Below, one piece after another: positions 10,399 to 19,392 of a stretch of 64,000 nucleotides of DNA; position 1 is the stretch's first letter; each line of letters starts with the position of its first letter. The DNA lies in the NCBI GenBank assembly GCA_964512235.1, contig CAZEGD010000004.1, forward strand, positions 33,557 to 97,556, written 5' to 3'. This stretch comes from an uncultured archaeon (GTDB lineage: Archaea > Aenigmatarchaeota > Aenigmatarchaeia > CG10238-14 > SCSR01). Both the position numbers and the translations under genes were made by a program. The notes below the pieces were generated by a model. That model was not told the origin of the DNA. It did not search any database and saw only the letters and a list, made by a program, of their open reading frames with translations.

Positions 10399-11172
10399 TC
10401 ATACTGTTATGAGTTTTGCATGTGTTAATTGTTTAACGCCGTGATTTGTCATCAAAAAGTCATTCTCTATTCTGCAGCCACCTGTGCCTTTGACATATAC
10501 CGCAGGCTCGATTGTGAAAACCATACCCGGCTGGAATTTTATTTCTTTAAGCGCTTCCCACTTTCTCATTATTCTTTCCTTCTTCTTTTTGCTCAAACGC
10601 CTGATTTTTTTCTTTTTTATGTTTCCGATGTATGGAAGCTCATGGACCTTTGTGCCAATACCATGGCCGATTGCATGTGGCAGTTCAAATCCTTTACGCT
10701 TCAGGAACTTCTCCACTTTATCATGCACTTTCCAGCAATTTTTACCTACTTTTACAGTTCTAACAGCCATTTTGTATGCCTGCAGCGCAGACTCTACAAT
10801 CTTTTTCTCACGTTTTCCAATTTTACCTTTGATAAATGGTACTGTTATGTCTGTCTTGTAACCTTTGTAGTTTGCACCGAAGTCTATGTAGCCAATGCCA
10901 CGTATTTCCTTCTTTGCAGCGTAAGGTCTTGGATGTATTTGGACAGAGCGTTTGCCAGATGCAACTAGAGTCATGAATGCCAGCGAAGCTCCTTTGGACT
11001 TTAACTGCTTCCTCACCCTTCTTGCAAGCTCCTTTTCTGTAATTCTTTCCTTTAGGGATTCCTCTATCACAGATATGCACGAGTTGGTAATCTCTGCTGA
11101 CTTCTTTAGGAGTGAGATTTCTTGCTTGGATTTTATCATCCTTTCCAATGTGTTTTTTGCGAAGGCTCTCAT
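10399..11172 (-). CDS. M24-family metallopeptidase (Xaa-Pro/Met aminopeptidase fold) with a basic insertion
   Basis: YIDFGANYKGYKTDITV, HAIGHGIGTKVHE, GMVFTIEPAVY, GCRIEND. Start set to ATG 11172; the track start at 11181 is GTG. Confidence 0.8.
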   Translation of the reverse strand: MRAFAKNTLERMIKSKQEISLLKKSAEITNSCISVIEESLKERITEKELARRVRKQLKSKGASLAFMTLVASGKRSVQIHPRPYAAKKEIRGIGYIDFGANYKGYKTDITVPFIKGKIGKREKKIVESALQAYKMAVRTVKVGKNCWKVHDKVEKFLKRKGFELPHAIGHGIGTKVHELPYIGNIKKKKIRRLSKKKKERIMRKWEALKEIKFQPGMVFTIEPAVYVKGTGGCRIENDFLMTNHGVKQLTHAKLITV

Positions 11173-11294
11173 TTTGACCACTTTTACAAGATTGAGCCAG
11201 TTATCGGTTCTCTTAAATACCTTATTGTCTTGAATTAAATTATAGGCGCTATTAGGAGAGAGATTGCTTGAAGATTTTAGACTATGGGTTAAGA

Positions 11295-11522
11295 ATGACC
11301 AAACGAAAGCTGGAAGAAATAAAACGTGAGAGAAAAATGCCTATGGTAGTCTGCGCCAAGATTGATTGTATAGATGAACTGAAAGAAAAAGACCCTTATG
11401 TGATAGTTGCGGACGGTGGTAACTACAGGATGGTCTATCATTTTTCATGCTGTCCGCCAGAACTGCTCTTGGAGACTTTTGAGGAATTAAAGAAAAAGAA
11501 CCATGAATATTCTACAGAATGA
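11295..11522 (+). CDS. Hypothetical small protein
   Basis: The track ORF starts at TTG 11268 and the first ATG is at 11295. No recognisable motif. Its 3' end overlaps the convergent M29 gene. Confidence 0.3.
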   Translation: MTKRKLEEIKRERKMPMVVCAKIDCIDELKEKDPYVIVADGGNYRMVYHFSCCPPELLLETFEELKKKNHEYSTE

Positions 11523-12624
11523 ACTTTCCATCCTTCATTATTACCTTTCCATCCGCATACAGCCTGCTGCCTTTCCCCATGGTCTTGAAGAAGTCCCAGT
11601 GCATAGTTGCCTCGTTCTTACCGCCGAATAGTTTGTTTGCACCTATTGCTATGTGGATGGTACCCAGCAACTTCTCGTCCACTATGATCATACCACCTGT
11701 AGGCTTCGCATTAGGATTAGTTCCTATACCAAGCTCTGCAATAGTGGTCTTCTTGCCGCTTGCATGCTTCAGCACGTCCTCAAAATTCTTCAAACCCTTC
11801 CTGATTTTGTATTTTACGACTTTGCCCCGCCGGAACTTGAACCACACACCCTCCACCTGCTTCCCATAGTGCCACATGCAAGGAAGGTCGAAATAAATTT
11901 CACCGTTCGCAGAATTTTCCACAGGCGCTGTAAAGACTTCCCCATCAGGCAAGTTAATATAACCAATTTCGCCTTTCTTCTCTATGACACCAACAGAGTT
12001 TATAAATTTCCTGTTCTTTACGGAAAATTCCAAGTCAGTTCTGTCTCCAACAATTCTAATCTTCTTAGTACCTTTCAATCTTTTGACCAACTTTTCATTG
12101 AAGCGATATAATTTTTTATAATCGATGTCTATAGTATTCCAAAAAATCCTTTCCAGCTTCTTGAAAGGTATCTTTAATGCCTTGGCATTCTCCTTGGTCG
12201 GAAAACCTATAAGGGCGGATTTCAAAACCTTTCTCATCAACTTCTTTTCTTTCGCCTTTCTCAACGGCTTTATTGCCTTCCTGCGGATTTCTACTTTCTC
12301 CTGCGGTAGTTGCCTTGCCAGGAAAGGATTGTCGTCTTCTATGTGCATCTCAGCGTCTACAACTTTCAGATGGTTCCATCCAAGTCTAGGCTTGAACTTC
12401 AAGAATTTTGGATTGATATTTTTGTATATTTTCAGAGCTAATTCATCACTACCATAGGATATCGTCGGTTGGGCTCCAACCATTGCACATTCGTATGCAA
12501 TCGCCTCGGCAAACTTCAATGCCCTCGGCCCGCAAGTGATCACTACTACATCCTTCGGCTTTATCCCAAAGTTGACCCTTACAATGGTCTTCGCGATTTT
12601 CTGCAGTCTCTTCTTAGAAACCAT
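11512..12624 (-). CDS. M29-family aminopeptidase (aminopeptidase T/S type)
   Basis: 370 aa. LPDGEVFTAPVE, ELGIGTNP, GTIHIAIG and EATMHWDF match thermophilic metalloprotease M29 as I recall it. Confidence 0.85.
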   Translation of the reverse strand: MVSKKRLQKIAKTIVRVNFGIKPKDVVVITCGPRALKFAEAIAYECAMVGAQPTISYGSDELALKIYKNINPKFLKFKPRLGWNHLKVVDAEMHIEDDNPFLARQLPQEKVEIRRKAIKPLRKAKEKKLMRKVLKSALIGFPTKENAKALKIPFKKLERIFWNTIDIDYKKLYRFNEKLVKRLKGTKKIRIVGDRTDLEFSVKNRKFINSVGVIEKKGEIGYINLPDGEVFTAPVENSANGEIYFDLPCMWHYGKQVEGVWFKFRRGKVVKYKIRKGLKNFEDVLKHASGKKTTIAELGIGTNPNAKPTGGMIIVDEKLLGTIHIAIGANKLFGGKNEATMHWDFFKTMGKGSRLYADGKVIMKDGKFIL

Positions 12625-12656
12625 GTTAATTATTGTGTTTGCTCCAATAAATTAGT

Positions 12657-12929
12657 TCATCTATACTTCTGCAAACGCTTTATTGCCTCGTCCTTTACGA
12701 TTTCTTCTGTTGTTCTAGGATCTGCAGCCAGAGTACCATTACCCCATTCACCTACTTCTTTTCTAGCATCTTCTGTAGCTTCCTTTTTTTCGTAAAGGCC
12801 AGATTTTCCTTCAGGGTTATGACCTGGAATCTCAGGACCAGTATTGAGATTATTCACAATATGTTCAGGTTGACTTGATGCAAGTGCTGTATACAGCATC
12901 CTTGTCAGCTTCTTGGATTTGTCTACCAT
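12657..12929 (-). CDS. Hypothetical protein
   Basis: 90-aa ORF with an ATG start in an otherwise unoccupied interval. No motif recognised. Confidence 0.4.
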   Translation of the reverse strand: MVDKSKKLTRMLYTALASSQPEHIVNNLNTGPEIPGHNPEGKSGLYEKKEATEDARKEVGEWGNGTLAADPRTTEEIVKDEAIKRLQKYR

Positions 12930-13028
12930 ATTACCATCTGTAAGTAGTTACAGCTTATAAGGATATCGGTCTTATTGTATATAATAAACTTTTAAGGAAT
13001 TCCCATCTCAATTAGAATAGTAGTGTAT

Positions 13029-13116
13029 GGACCCGTAGCTCAGTTTGGATAGAGCAACTGCCTCCTAAGCATGTTGAGTAGAAAGAAGGTCGAGGGTTCA
13101 AATCCCTCCGGGTCCG
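13029..13116 (+). tRNA. tRNA-Arg(CCU) with an insertion of about 13 nt 3' of the anticodon loop
   Basis: Hand-folded. Acceptor GGACCCG/CGGGTCC, D arm GCTC..GAGC, anticodon arm ACTGC-CTCCTAA-GC.., T arm GAGGG-TTCAAAT-CCCTC, discriminator G. 88 nt = 75 + 13. Confidence 0.8.
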
Positions 13117-13117
13117 C

Positions 13118-13123
13118 TTTTTT
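13118..13123 (+). terminator. Oligo-T tract immediately after the tRNA
   Basis: TTTTTT begins 2 nt after the discriminator base. Archaeal termination at oligo-T is established. Confidence 0.4.
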
Positions 13124-13147
13124 ATTCCTAGAAATTTCAGTTAATTT

Positions 13148-14083
13148 ATGGAATGGATGATATTTGCGTTGCTGGCGCCTGCTTTGTGGACCATACCAAT
13201 TATTATAGACAAATTCCTATTAGACAAGTTTGTAAAGGATCCAATTTCATATTCCATAGTTATGGAGCTGTTATGGTTAGTTTTTATTTTTGGGGTAATT
13301 ATTGCGAAACCCATATCTATAGCTTTTCCACTTATGATACTTGGCATTCTTGCCGGTATGATTGGTATGGGTGGCTATTTTATCTATTGTAAAGTCATAC
13401 AGATTGAGGAAGTATCTAGAGTCATTTCGCTTACATACGTAAGTTCGTTATTTACAGCATTCTTTGCATTCTTCATTTTTAGGGAAATATTCACATTTCA
13501 GAAGTATCTCGGAATATTACTTATAGTAATCGGAGCAATATCCCTGTCATATAGAAGAAAAACAAGGAGAAAGATAAAGAAAAGACTTAGCATATTACGC
13601 AATCTTCCAATCATTCCATCACTCGCATTAATATTGGTCATGTCTCTTTTCGGCTCTCTCGTATCTATTCTAGATAAATACGTATTATTTTCAGTTGACT
13701 ATTGGTCATTATTTGTTTGGATAGCTTTAGGAGAGTTAGTAATAACATCTTTGGTACTGTTAAAAAGTGGAGTGAGAAAAAATCTTCAGAAGACGCTAAG
13801 AAATTTGAAAATAAATAAGAAGTTTTTTGCATTTGCATTTATTACTGAGATTCTAGCATTCTTTGGACTCATTGCATCACTTATTGCGATTTCATTAGGT
13901 CCTGTCTCACTTGTTTCCGCTCTTTCCGCAGTCTGCCCTCTTTACCTCTTATTTGGGACCATTCTTCTTAGCATCTTCATACCCAAAGTGCTAAAGGAAG
14001 AAATTAGTAAATCTACAGTAGCGCTAAAGATTTTTTCCACACTTTTAATAGTCATTGGCACTTCTCTTATAGTCTTAGCTTAA
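13148..14083 (+). CDS. EamA/DMT-superfamily transporter
   Basis: 311 aa with about 10 TM helices in two halves. The N-terminus ALLAPALWTIPIIIDKFLL is EamA-like. Confidence 0.65.
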   Translation: MEWMIFALLAPALWTIPIIIDKFLLDKFVKDPISYSIVMELLWLVFIFGVIIAKPISIAFPLMILGILAGMIGMGGYFIYCKVIQIEEVSRVISLTYVSSLFTAFFAFFIFREIFTFQKYLGILLIVIGAISLSYRRKTRRKIKKRLSILRNLPIIPSLALILVMSLFGSLVSILDKYVLFSVDYWSLFVWIALGELVITSLVLLKSGVRKNLQKTLRNLKINKKFFAFAFITEILAFFGLIASLIAISLGPVSLVSALSAVCPLYLLFGTILLSIFIPKVLKEEISKSTVALKIFSTLLIVIGTSLIVLA

Positions 14084-14116
14084 ACTTTCTTAAATCTAAA
14101 CCACCAAATTAATCTT

Positions 14117-14593
14117 ATGCTGGCCATAATCATAGGAGTCGCAATTCTCGCAATAGTCATATACGTAGCTTTTAAAATGATGGGAAGCATCGTCGTTGGC
14201 TTGGGATTGATAGCCATAGTATTCGTGGCGAGCTATTTCATTTTGGGTTCAGTCCCCAATCTCCGCGAAGTACCGATAATAGGCAGATATTTGCCAGAGT
14301 TGCCGACTACCACAGGCGATGCTATAGCCATCATTCGCAATGTTTTGTACAGCTTGAAGGTACTCGATGTCTCTAGAGATATAGATGGAAGGCTGCTGGT
14401 GTCGGTTGCAAACACGGGAAAGATGGAACTCTCAGGATTCAAAGTATTCGTAGATGGCCAGCAGGTTAGTGTATTGAACAATATAGAAGATTCCTTAAGT
14501 TCGGGAAAGGTTGCAATACTGCAACTGGACTGGAGCAGTGACTACAGTGAAATAGAAGTGAAAACCAATCGAGTCACAGTTACATACCCCTGA
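14117..14593 (+). CDS. Hypothetical membrane protein (2 N-terminal TM helices plus a beta-rich domain)
   Basis: 158 aa with an ATG start. Lies directly upstream of the giant surface protein on the same strand. Confidence 0.5.
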   Translation: MLAIIIGVAILAIVIYVAFKMMGSIVVGLGLIAIVFVASYFILGSVPNLREVPIIGRYLPELPTTTGDAIAIIRNVLYSLKVLDVSRDIDGRLLVSVANTGKMELSGFKVFVDGQQVSVLNNIEDSLSSGKVAILQLDWSSDYSEIEVKTNRVTVTYP

Positions 14594-14651
14594 TTGTTCC
14601 CTTGTTGCTAAAATTATATTTAGATAAAATAAATTAGATTTAGGGAAAACG

Positions 14652-17600
14652 ATGAAAAACAAAAGGAATAGACTGTTTTTGGCTGTAATTTCAACGGCTC
14701 TAATGATATTTTTAGTGTTAAACATATCTCTAGCCTCAGGAGTAGTCCAAAGCTCTCCCGAAGAATGGTTCAATGTCACGCCTACGGAGCTTAGGATTAA
14801 CTGGACTACAACAACTGACGGATGGTATTCGGGGAATGTGACTGTTATAGGCAATAGTAGCCTGAATGCCAGTATTACATTGAAGTTGTCGAACGACACT
14901 ACAAGGCTTACCAGGAACTATTCGCAAAGCTATCCACCTATCCCAGAACCATGCCAATATGGTGTATACCTCATCGTCCAGCGCAGTGACGGGACTGGGA
15001 ATAATACGTATGAATCCATAAATGGCACCAATTCTACAAACAACAGGACGACATTTACGTTGATTAACAGGGATATGCAATGCTATCCAGGAAGGTATTT
15101 TACGAATACTTTCTCAATCACCAACACCTCAGACGAGACTGCAAATATATCTATAATTTTGGATATACCGATATCCGTGTATAACACGCTTGACAACACG
15201 ACAGGAATAGCAAGCTTTGATGGAATAATTCCTGTAAACGGAACTAGTGCATACCATTCCTTCTTCTTCAACGCCACAAATTCCACCAATACATCTGAAG
15301 TGAGAAATGCAACTGGAGTGATGATAAACCTAAGCTCATCGTCAGATATGGACATCTTCCTCTTTGATAGCTCTGGTAATCTTATGGCAAAGTCTATTAA
15401 CAAGACACATAACAACGAGAGTCTACTTTATAATTATCTACCTAATTCCAGCGGGGAGATGTGGGAAATACGCGTTTTTGGTAATTCTACTTCACAGATA
15501 TCTTATAGCGGCAATCTGGTATTCACAACACTTGCTGTAGAAGTAGATGGTTTAGCAGTCAAAACTATCCCCCTTGGAGGCGTGAATGTCAGTGAGAATG
15601 TAACATCCACCGCCGTTATAATCAACAAGGGCAATCTCACCCTAAATAATGTCCGGGAGTATATAGATGTATATGCTGTCAAAGGATTCAGGGGCAGTAT
15701 TGGAAATAATTTCTCAGTTCTAATCCCTAATTCGTCCATAACTAGTAAAGTAAAAGTTATGCTCAACTGGACAGGCTCTGCAAATTATTCATTCAATCTA
15801 TACAACCAAGATGGCGTACTTGTCGCAAACTCAACTAACAAGCATACATATGCAAACATAAGCGGTGCGATGCAAGAGGAGTATACTGAAACTACGAACA
15901 TAGGCTCGACAACAAAATACTGGACAATAGAAGTTTTGAACAGTACAAGTCAGACAGATCCTTACAATGTTACAGCTTATATTTATGTCCCATCCTCGGA
16001 TTGGATAAATACAAACTTTACAACCATAACCCTCAATGGCACAAACCAAGAAGATATAAATGTAACTCTTACTGTTCCCACAAGTGCTATGAGCGGTAGC
16101 TATGAGGCATATGTACGATACTTAGACGATCGCGGGGCTGGCATATCCGTCAAACTGACAACAGAAGTATCCACGCCAATGCTTTTGATAAACAATACTA
16201 TGTCTTCTGCCACCTATACGATGATAGAGAATTATGGTACAAATTTAACACGCCAATTTCATTTTAACATCAGCAACCCAGGTGGCTACGATCTTACGCT
16301 TAACATAACGAACAGTAGCAACCAATTAACCTGCGCGGAAGGATCTCCAGTCTCTTGTGCAGGTTGGGAAGGAAATTTCACTTATAATCTATCCTCCCCT
16401 CTTGTCGTTCCAGCCGGGGAGTGGAGACTGTTCCATGTGAACATGACATTCAACGAATCTATGCCTGCAAACACACTTTACAGCGGTTGGATACGCTTCA
16501 ATAGTACAAATAACTCTACAGAGAACTCTATAGAGAACACTAGCCACCCATATGAAGAATTTATGCTGAACATACGTCTGAATCTTACTGATGAAATCGA
16601 TGTGTGGTTGGATTTCATGTCCGAGGAACATTTGAACAAGACTGCGAATGGCACAAAATTAGAGAATATAACAATACGTGCCCGTTTGTATTACAAGAAT
16701 GGGTCTCAAGTAGATGAAGGCGAAGGTTTTGATGTCTTACACAACATCTCGAACTTTACTGCTGTGTGGCTGCAAGAGGGTAACTTAACTATTGCAGCAT
16801 CGAGAATACCTGGAGGAGTAGAAAGTCTGAATTTCTACAACGCAACTACTGATATGGACACATTTTATTGTAGCAGTGGCGATTGCCCAAGCGTGGTCTG
16901 GAATGGTGAAGACGGTTATTACATAAATGCGACCATACCCGCGAACACACCCGGCGGCAGGTACATAGTCAATCTCAACCTTACGTACGATCGTAGCAAT
17001 TATTCATACATAGGAAGAAGTGTGTTCAACGGTAGCGTTCTGTTCATAGATAACACAGGTCTGGTCATGAGTACTAACACTTCCATCTCCAGTATGGTCA
17101 ATCAGACATCGACTCTATTTTACGTAAATGTCAGCAACTATGGCGCACTTGACGCTTCTGCAGCAACAATAAGGTTCAACACGGGCAGCTGCGGTTATAG
17201 CGTAAGCGGTGCGACAGGGAACAAGAGCGGAAATGGGTGTACTATCGGCAGTTATGGTAGTGGAATTTACACTTTCACATTACCCGCATTCAACTCCAGC
17301 TGCATTGTCTGGTGGACAGTCACTGCTGGCAGCTCTGCTGCAGCTGCCTGCCCAGCCAGCATCGTAGGTGGTGGTGAAACATGGTTCGATACCCATGCGA
17401 TAAACGTAAGTGTTACTGTAACAAAAGATTCTGACACGGTTTCACCTCCTCCATCTGGTGGTAGTACTGCCACCACTACAACGACAACTCTACCTCCAAC
17501 CGCTAATTTATCTTTCACAGAGTCGCCTACTCTGGTTGTTATAACGCAAAACACTACAAACAGCACGGGAGTGCAGGTGAAGAATACAGGAGACGTATCG

Positions 17601-18335
17601 CAGGCTATAACATTCACAGTTGTAGATATAGACTCAAGCTGGTGGAGTGTGAATTCGACCAATGCAACAATTGCGTCTGGGAAGATAGCAGGTTTCAATG
17701 TCACTTTCACTGTCGGTAATGTTGACATAAAGAATTATGCAGGCAAGTTCAAAGCCACAAGCTCAGACAAGACAGTTACATCAGACTTCACACTACACGT
17801 ACTACCAAGCAAAAGCAATGAAACTGGAATTAACGATACCCTAGCAATATACCGTTCAGAGATACTGCAATTGGGCGCGACAATAAATGTGACTAAGGCG
17901 CAAGGCGTGAACGTCACACTCGCAGAAATCAGCTTCAATGCTTTAATGTCCCAGCTAGAGGACGCTGAAAATTATGCTGCTGCTGGTGATTACTTTAATG
18001 CATACCAGCTCTTTGACGGCATTGAGACGCAAATAGCGAATGTGCGAGCAGACTTGGAGGCAGCCGAGCAAAGGCATGCCGAGCAGACAACATCCAATTG
18101 GATAACAATAGGACTGGTGATAGTTATAATCGCTGTGGCTGCCGTTCTTGTCTATCTATTCTGGCCGACCAAGAGCAAGTACAAACCAGGAAAGGGATAT
18201 GCCTATAGGGAAAAGAGGGAGAAGATTGGTAAAAAGCAGCTCAAATCAACAGTGGAAAAGACAAAAGACTTCGCATCGGTCGTAAAGTCAAAAATCAAAA
18301 AAGAAAAGAAGAAGGAATATTACGAATTGAAATAG
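14652..18335 (+). CDS. Giant secreted, C-terminally membrane-anchored surface glycoprotein candidate (S-layer-like)
   Basis: 1227 aa. Signal peptide MKNKRNRLFLAVISTALMIFLVLNISLASG, about 80 N-x-S/T sequons by manual count, Thr/Pro linker STATTTTTTLPPT, TM helix ITIGLVIVIIAVAAVLVYLFW and a Lys-rich tail. Confidence 0.8.
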   Translation: MKNKRNRLFLAVISTALMIFLVLNISLASGVVQSSPEEWFNVTPTELRINWTTTTDGWYSGNVTVIGNSSLNASITLKLSNDTTRLTRNYSQSYPPIPEPCQYGVYLIVQRSDGTGNNTYESINGTNSTNNRTTFTLINRDMQCYPGRYFTNTFSITNTSDETANISIILDIPISVYNTLDNTTGIASFDGIIPVNGTSAYHSFFFNATNSTNTSEVRNATGVMINLSSSSDMDIFLFDSSGNLMAKSINKTHNNESLLYNYLPNSSGEMWEIRVFGNSTSQISYSGNLVFTTLAVEVDGLAVKTIPLGGVNVSENVTSTAVIINKGNLTLNNVREYIDVYAVKGFRGSIGNNFSVLIPNSSITSKVKVMLNWTGSANYSFNLYNQDGVLVANSTNKHTYANISGAMQEEYTETTNIGSTTKYWTIEVLNSTSQTDPYNVTAYIYVPSSDWINTNFTTITLNGTNQEDINVTLTVPTSAMSGSYEAYVRYLDDRGAGISVKLTTEVSTPMLLINNTMSSATYTMIENYGTNLTRQFHFNISNPGGYDLTLNITNSSNQLTCAEGSPVSCAGWEGNFTYNLSSPLVVPAGEWRLFHVNMTFNESMPANTLYSGWIRFNSTNNSTENSIENTSHPYEEFMLNIRLNLTDEIDVWLDFMSEEHLNKTANGTKLENITIRARLYYKNGSQVDEGEGFDVLHNISNFTAVWLQEGNLTIAASRIPGGVESLNFYNATTDMDTFYCSSGDCPSVVWNGEDGYYINATIPANTPGGRYIVNLNLTYDRSNYSYIGRSVFNGSVLFIDNTGLVMSTNTSISSMVNQTSTLFYVNVSNYGALDASAATIRFNTGSCGYSVSGATGNKSGNGCTIGSYGSGIYTFTLPAFNSSCIVWWTVTAGSSAAAACPASIVGGGETWFDTHAINVSVTVTKDSDTVSPPPSGGSTATTTTTTLPPTANLSFTESPTLVVITQNTTNSTGVQVKNTGDVSQAITFTVVDIDSSWWSVNSTNATIASGKIAGFNVTFTVGNVDIKNYAGKFKATSSDKTVTSDFTLHVLPSKSNETGINDTLAIYRSEILQLGATINVTKAQGVNVTLAEISFNALMSQLEDAENYAAAGDYFNAYQLFDGIETQIANVRADLEAAEQRHAEQTTSNWITIGLVIVIIAVAAVLVYLFWPTKSKYKPGKGYAYREKREKIGKKQLKSTVEKTKDFASVVKSKIKKEKKKEYYELK

Positions 18336-18374
18336 ACTATTACTTTTATTTACAGAGCAAATACTGCCCCCGTA

Positions 18375-18383
18375 TTTTTTTTT
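18375..18383 (+). terminator. T9 tract about 40 nt downstream of the surface-protein stop codon
   Basis: Sequence cccccgTATTTTTTTTTgc. Oligo-T terminator logic. Confidence 0.4.
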
Positions 18384-18509
18384 GCATATCTCACAGAATT
18401 TTACAGCTTCGATTACATCCTTATTCGACTATAGACTGTAGTGACCATTTCTATTATTGTAAAATCAAAACCAATAAACCATTCAACAGCCAAATATTAA
18501 CTGGGTAAG

Positions 18510-18674
18510 GTGTCTGATTTGGATGCTACTATAGGTGCGGGGTCCGTAGATCCTGGATGGTGGGGTGACCCGAAAATATGGTTGATTGTAGCCATATCTC
18601 TAATAGTGATAGTCATAGTTGGCATCTATATGAAAGCGCTCATAGAGCACCAAGGGTTTAATCTGAGAAGATAA
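18510..18674 (+). CDS. Possible 54-aa single-pass membrane protein
   Basis: Own translation from GTG 18510: ..GAGSVDPGWWGDPKIWLIVAISLIVIVIVGIYMKALIEHQGFNLRR. It has a clear TM segment but no ATG and no homology evidence. Confidence 0.25.
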   Translation: MSDLDATIGAGSVDPGWWGDPKIWLIVAISLIVIVIVGIYMKALIEHQGFNLRR

Positions 18675-18675
18675 T

Positions 18676-18846
18676 CTATCCTTTTAACCTTTCCAGTATC
18701 TCTATCTGCCTTTGTATCTTATCTACGCTCTCCTTCATCTCTTCCTTTTCATCATAATCAGTCGTCAAATTCATCTTATTCACGATTTCAACTTTTTTCA
18801 ATTTTAGATTTTCAATCTCCTCTTCTACATCTCTCGGTATCATCAT
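18676..18846 (-). CDS. Possible 56-aa coiled-coil protein
   Basis: Own translation: MMIPRDVEEEIENLKLKKVEIVNKMNLTTDYDEKEEMKESVDKIQRQIEILERLKG. Starts 13 nt after the stop of the upstream same-strand gene. Confidence 0.35.
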   Translation of the reverse strand: MMIPRDVEEEIENLKLKKVEIVNKMNLTTDYDEKEEMKESVDKIQRQIEILERLKG

Positions 18847-18858
18847 CAATCACATACT

Positions 18859-19308
18859 TTAAACGAATGAAATCTTGTTCCTTTTCATAGCCTTTATGAA
18901 TAAACTGTATATGGGAAGCATAATCTTGCTCTTGAACTCAGGCTCCAGCTGGGCAATCTGCTCGAATCTCTCTGCAAATATCACCTTCTCCATCAACGAT
19001 TTGCCATTGGATACTATAGCTTCCACATCCCTGAGGTCAGTCTTTGCATAGCGTGCCGCGAGCGAGAGTATTTTATCCATGTTGCCTAGGATAGCAGTCT
19101 TGTGGCCTTGTAAGAAGTTTTGCTCCGTCATCATAGAATTGAATTCGCGCTTAATCTTTATCATCCTGGGCGACAGCTTAGGGTCTTTTGACCGCATGAT
19201 TATGTTGTCACCGAAGTTCCCGCGGAATCGTCTGACATCGAAAAGCTCTTCCATCGCCAGGCATAGCCCTATGGGTAATATGTCGTTTATAGTCACAGCC
19301 ACATACAT
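18859..19308 (-). CDS. Hypothetical protein
   Basis: About 149 aa. The track start at 19311 is GTG; ATGs lie at 19308 and 19254. No motif recognised. Confidence 0.45.
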   Translation of the reverse strand: MYVAVTINDILPIGLCLAMEELFDVRRFRGNFGDNIIMRSKDPKLSPRMIKIKREFNSMMTEQNFLQGHKTAILGNMDKILSLAARYAKTDLRDVEAIVSNGKSLMEKVIFAERFEQIAQLEPEFKSKIMLPIYSLFIKAMKRNKISFV

Positions 19309-19392
19309 CACATCTAATACTTCATTAAAGCATCTAATAATTATTTGTATGATATAAATTTATTGTGGAGATTATGTATAGAGGCGGTCGAT

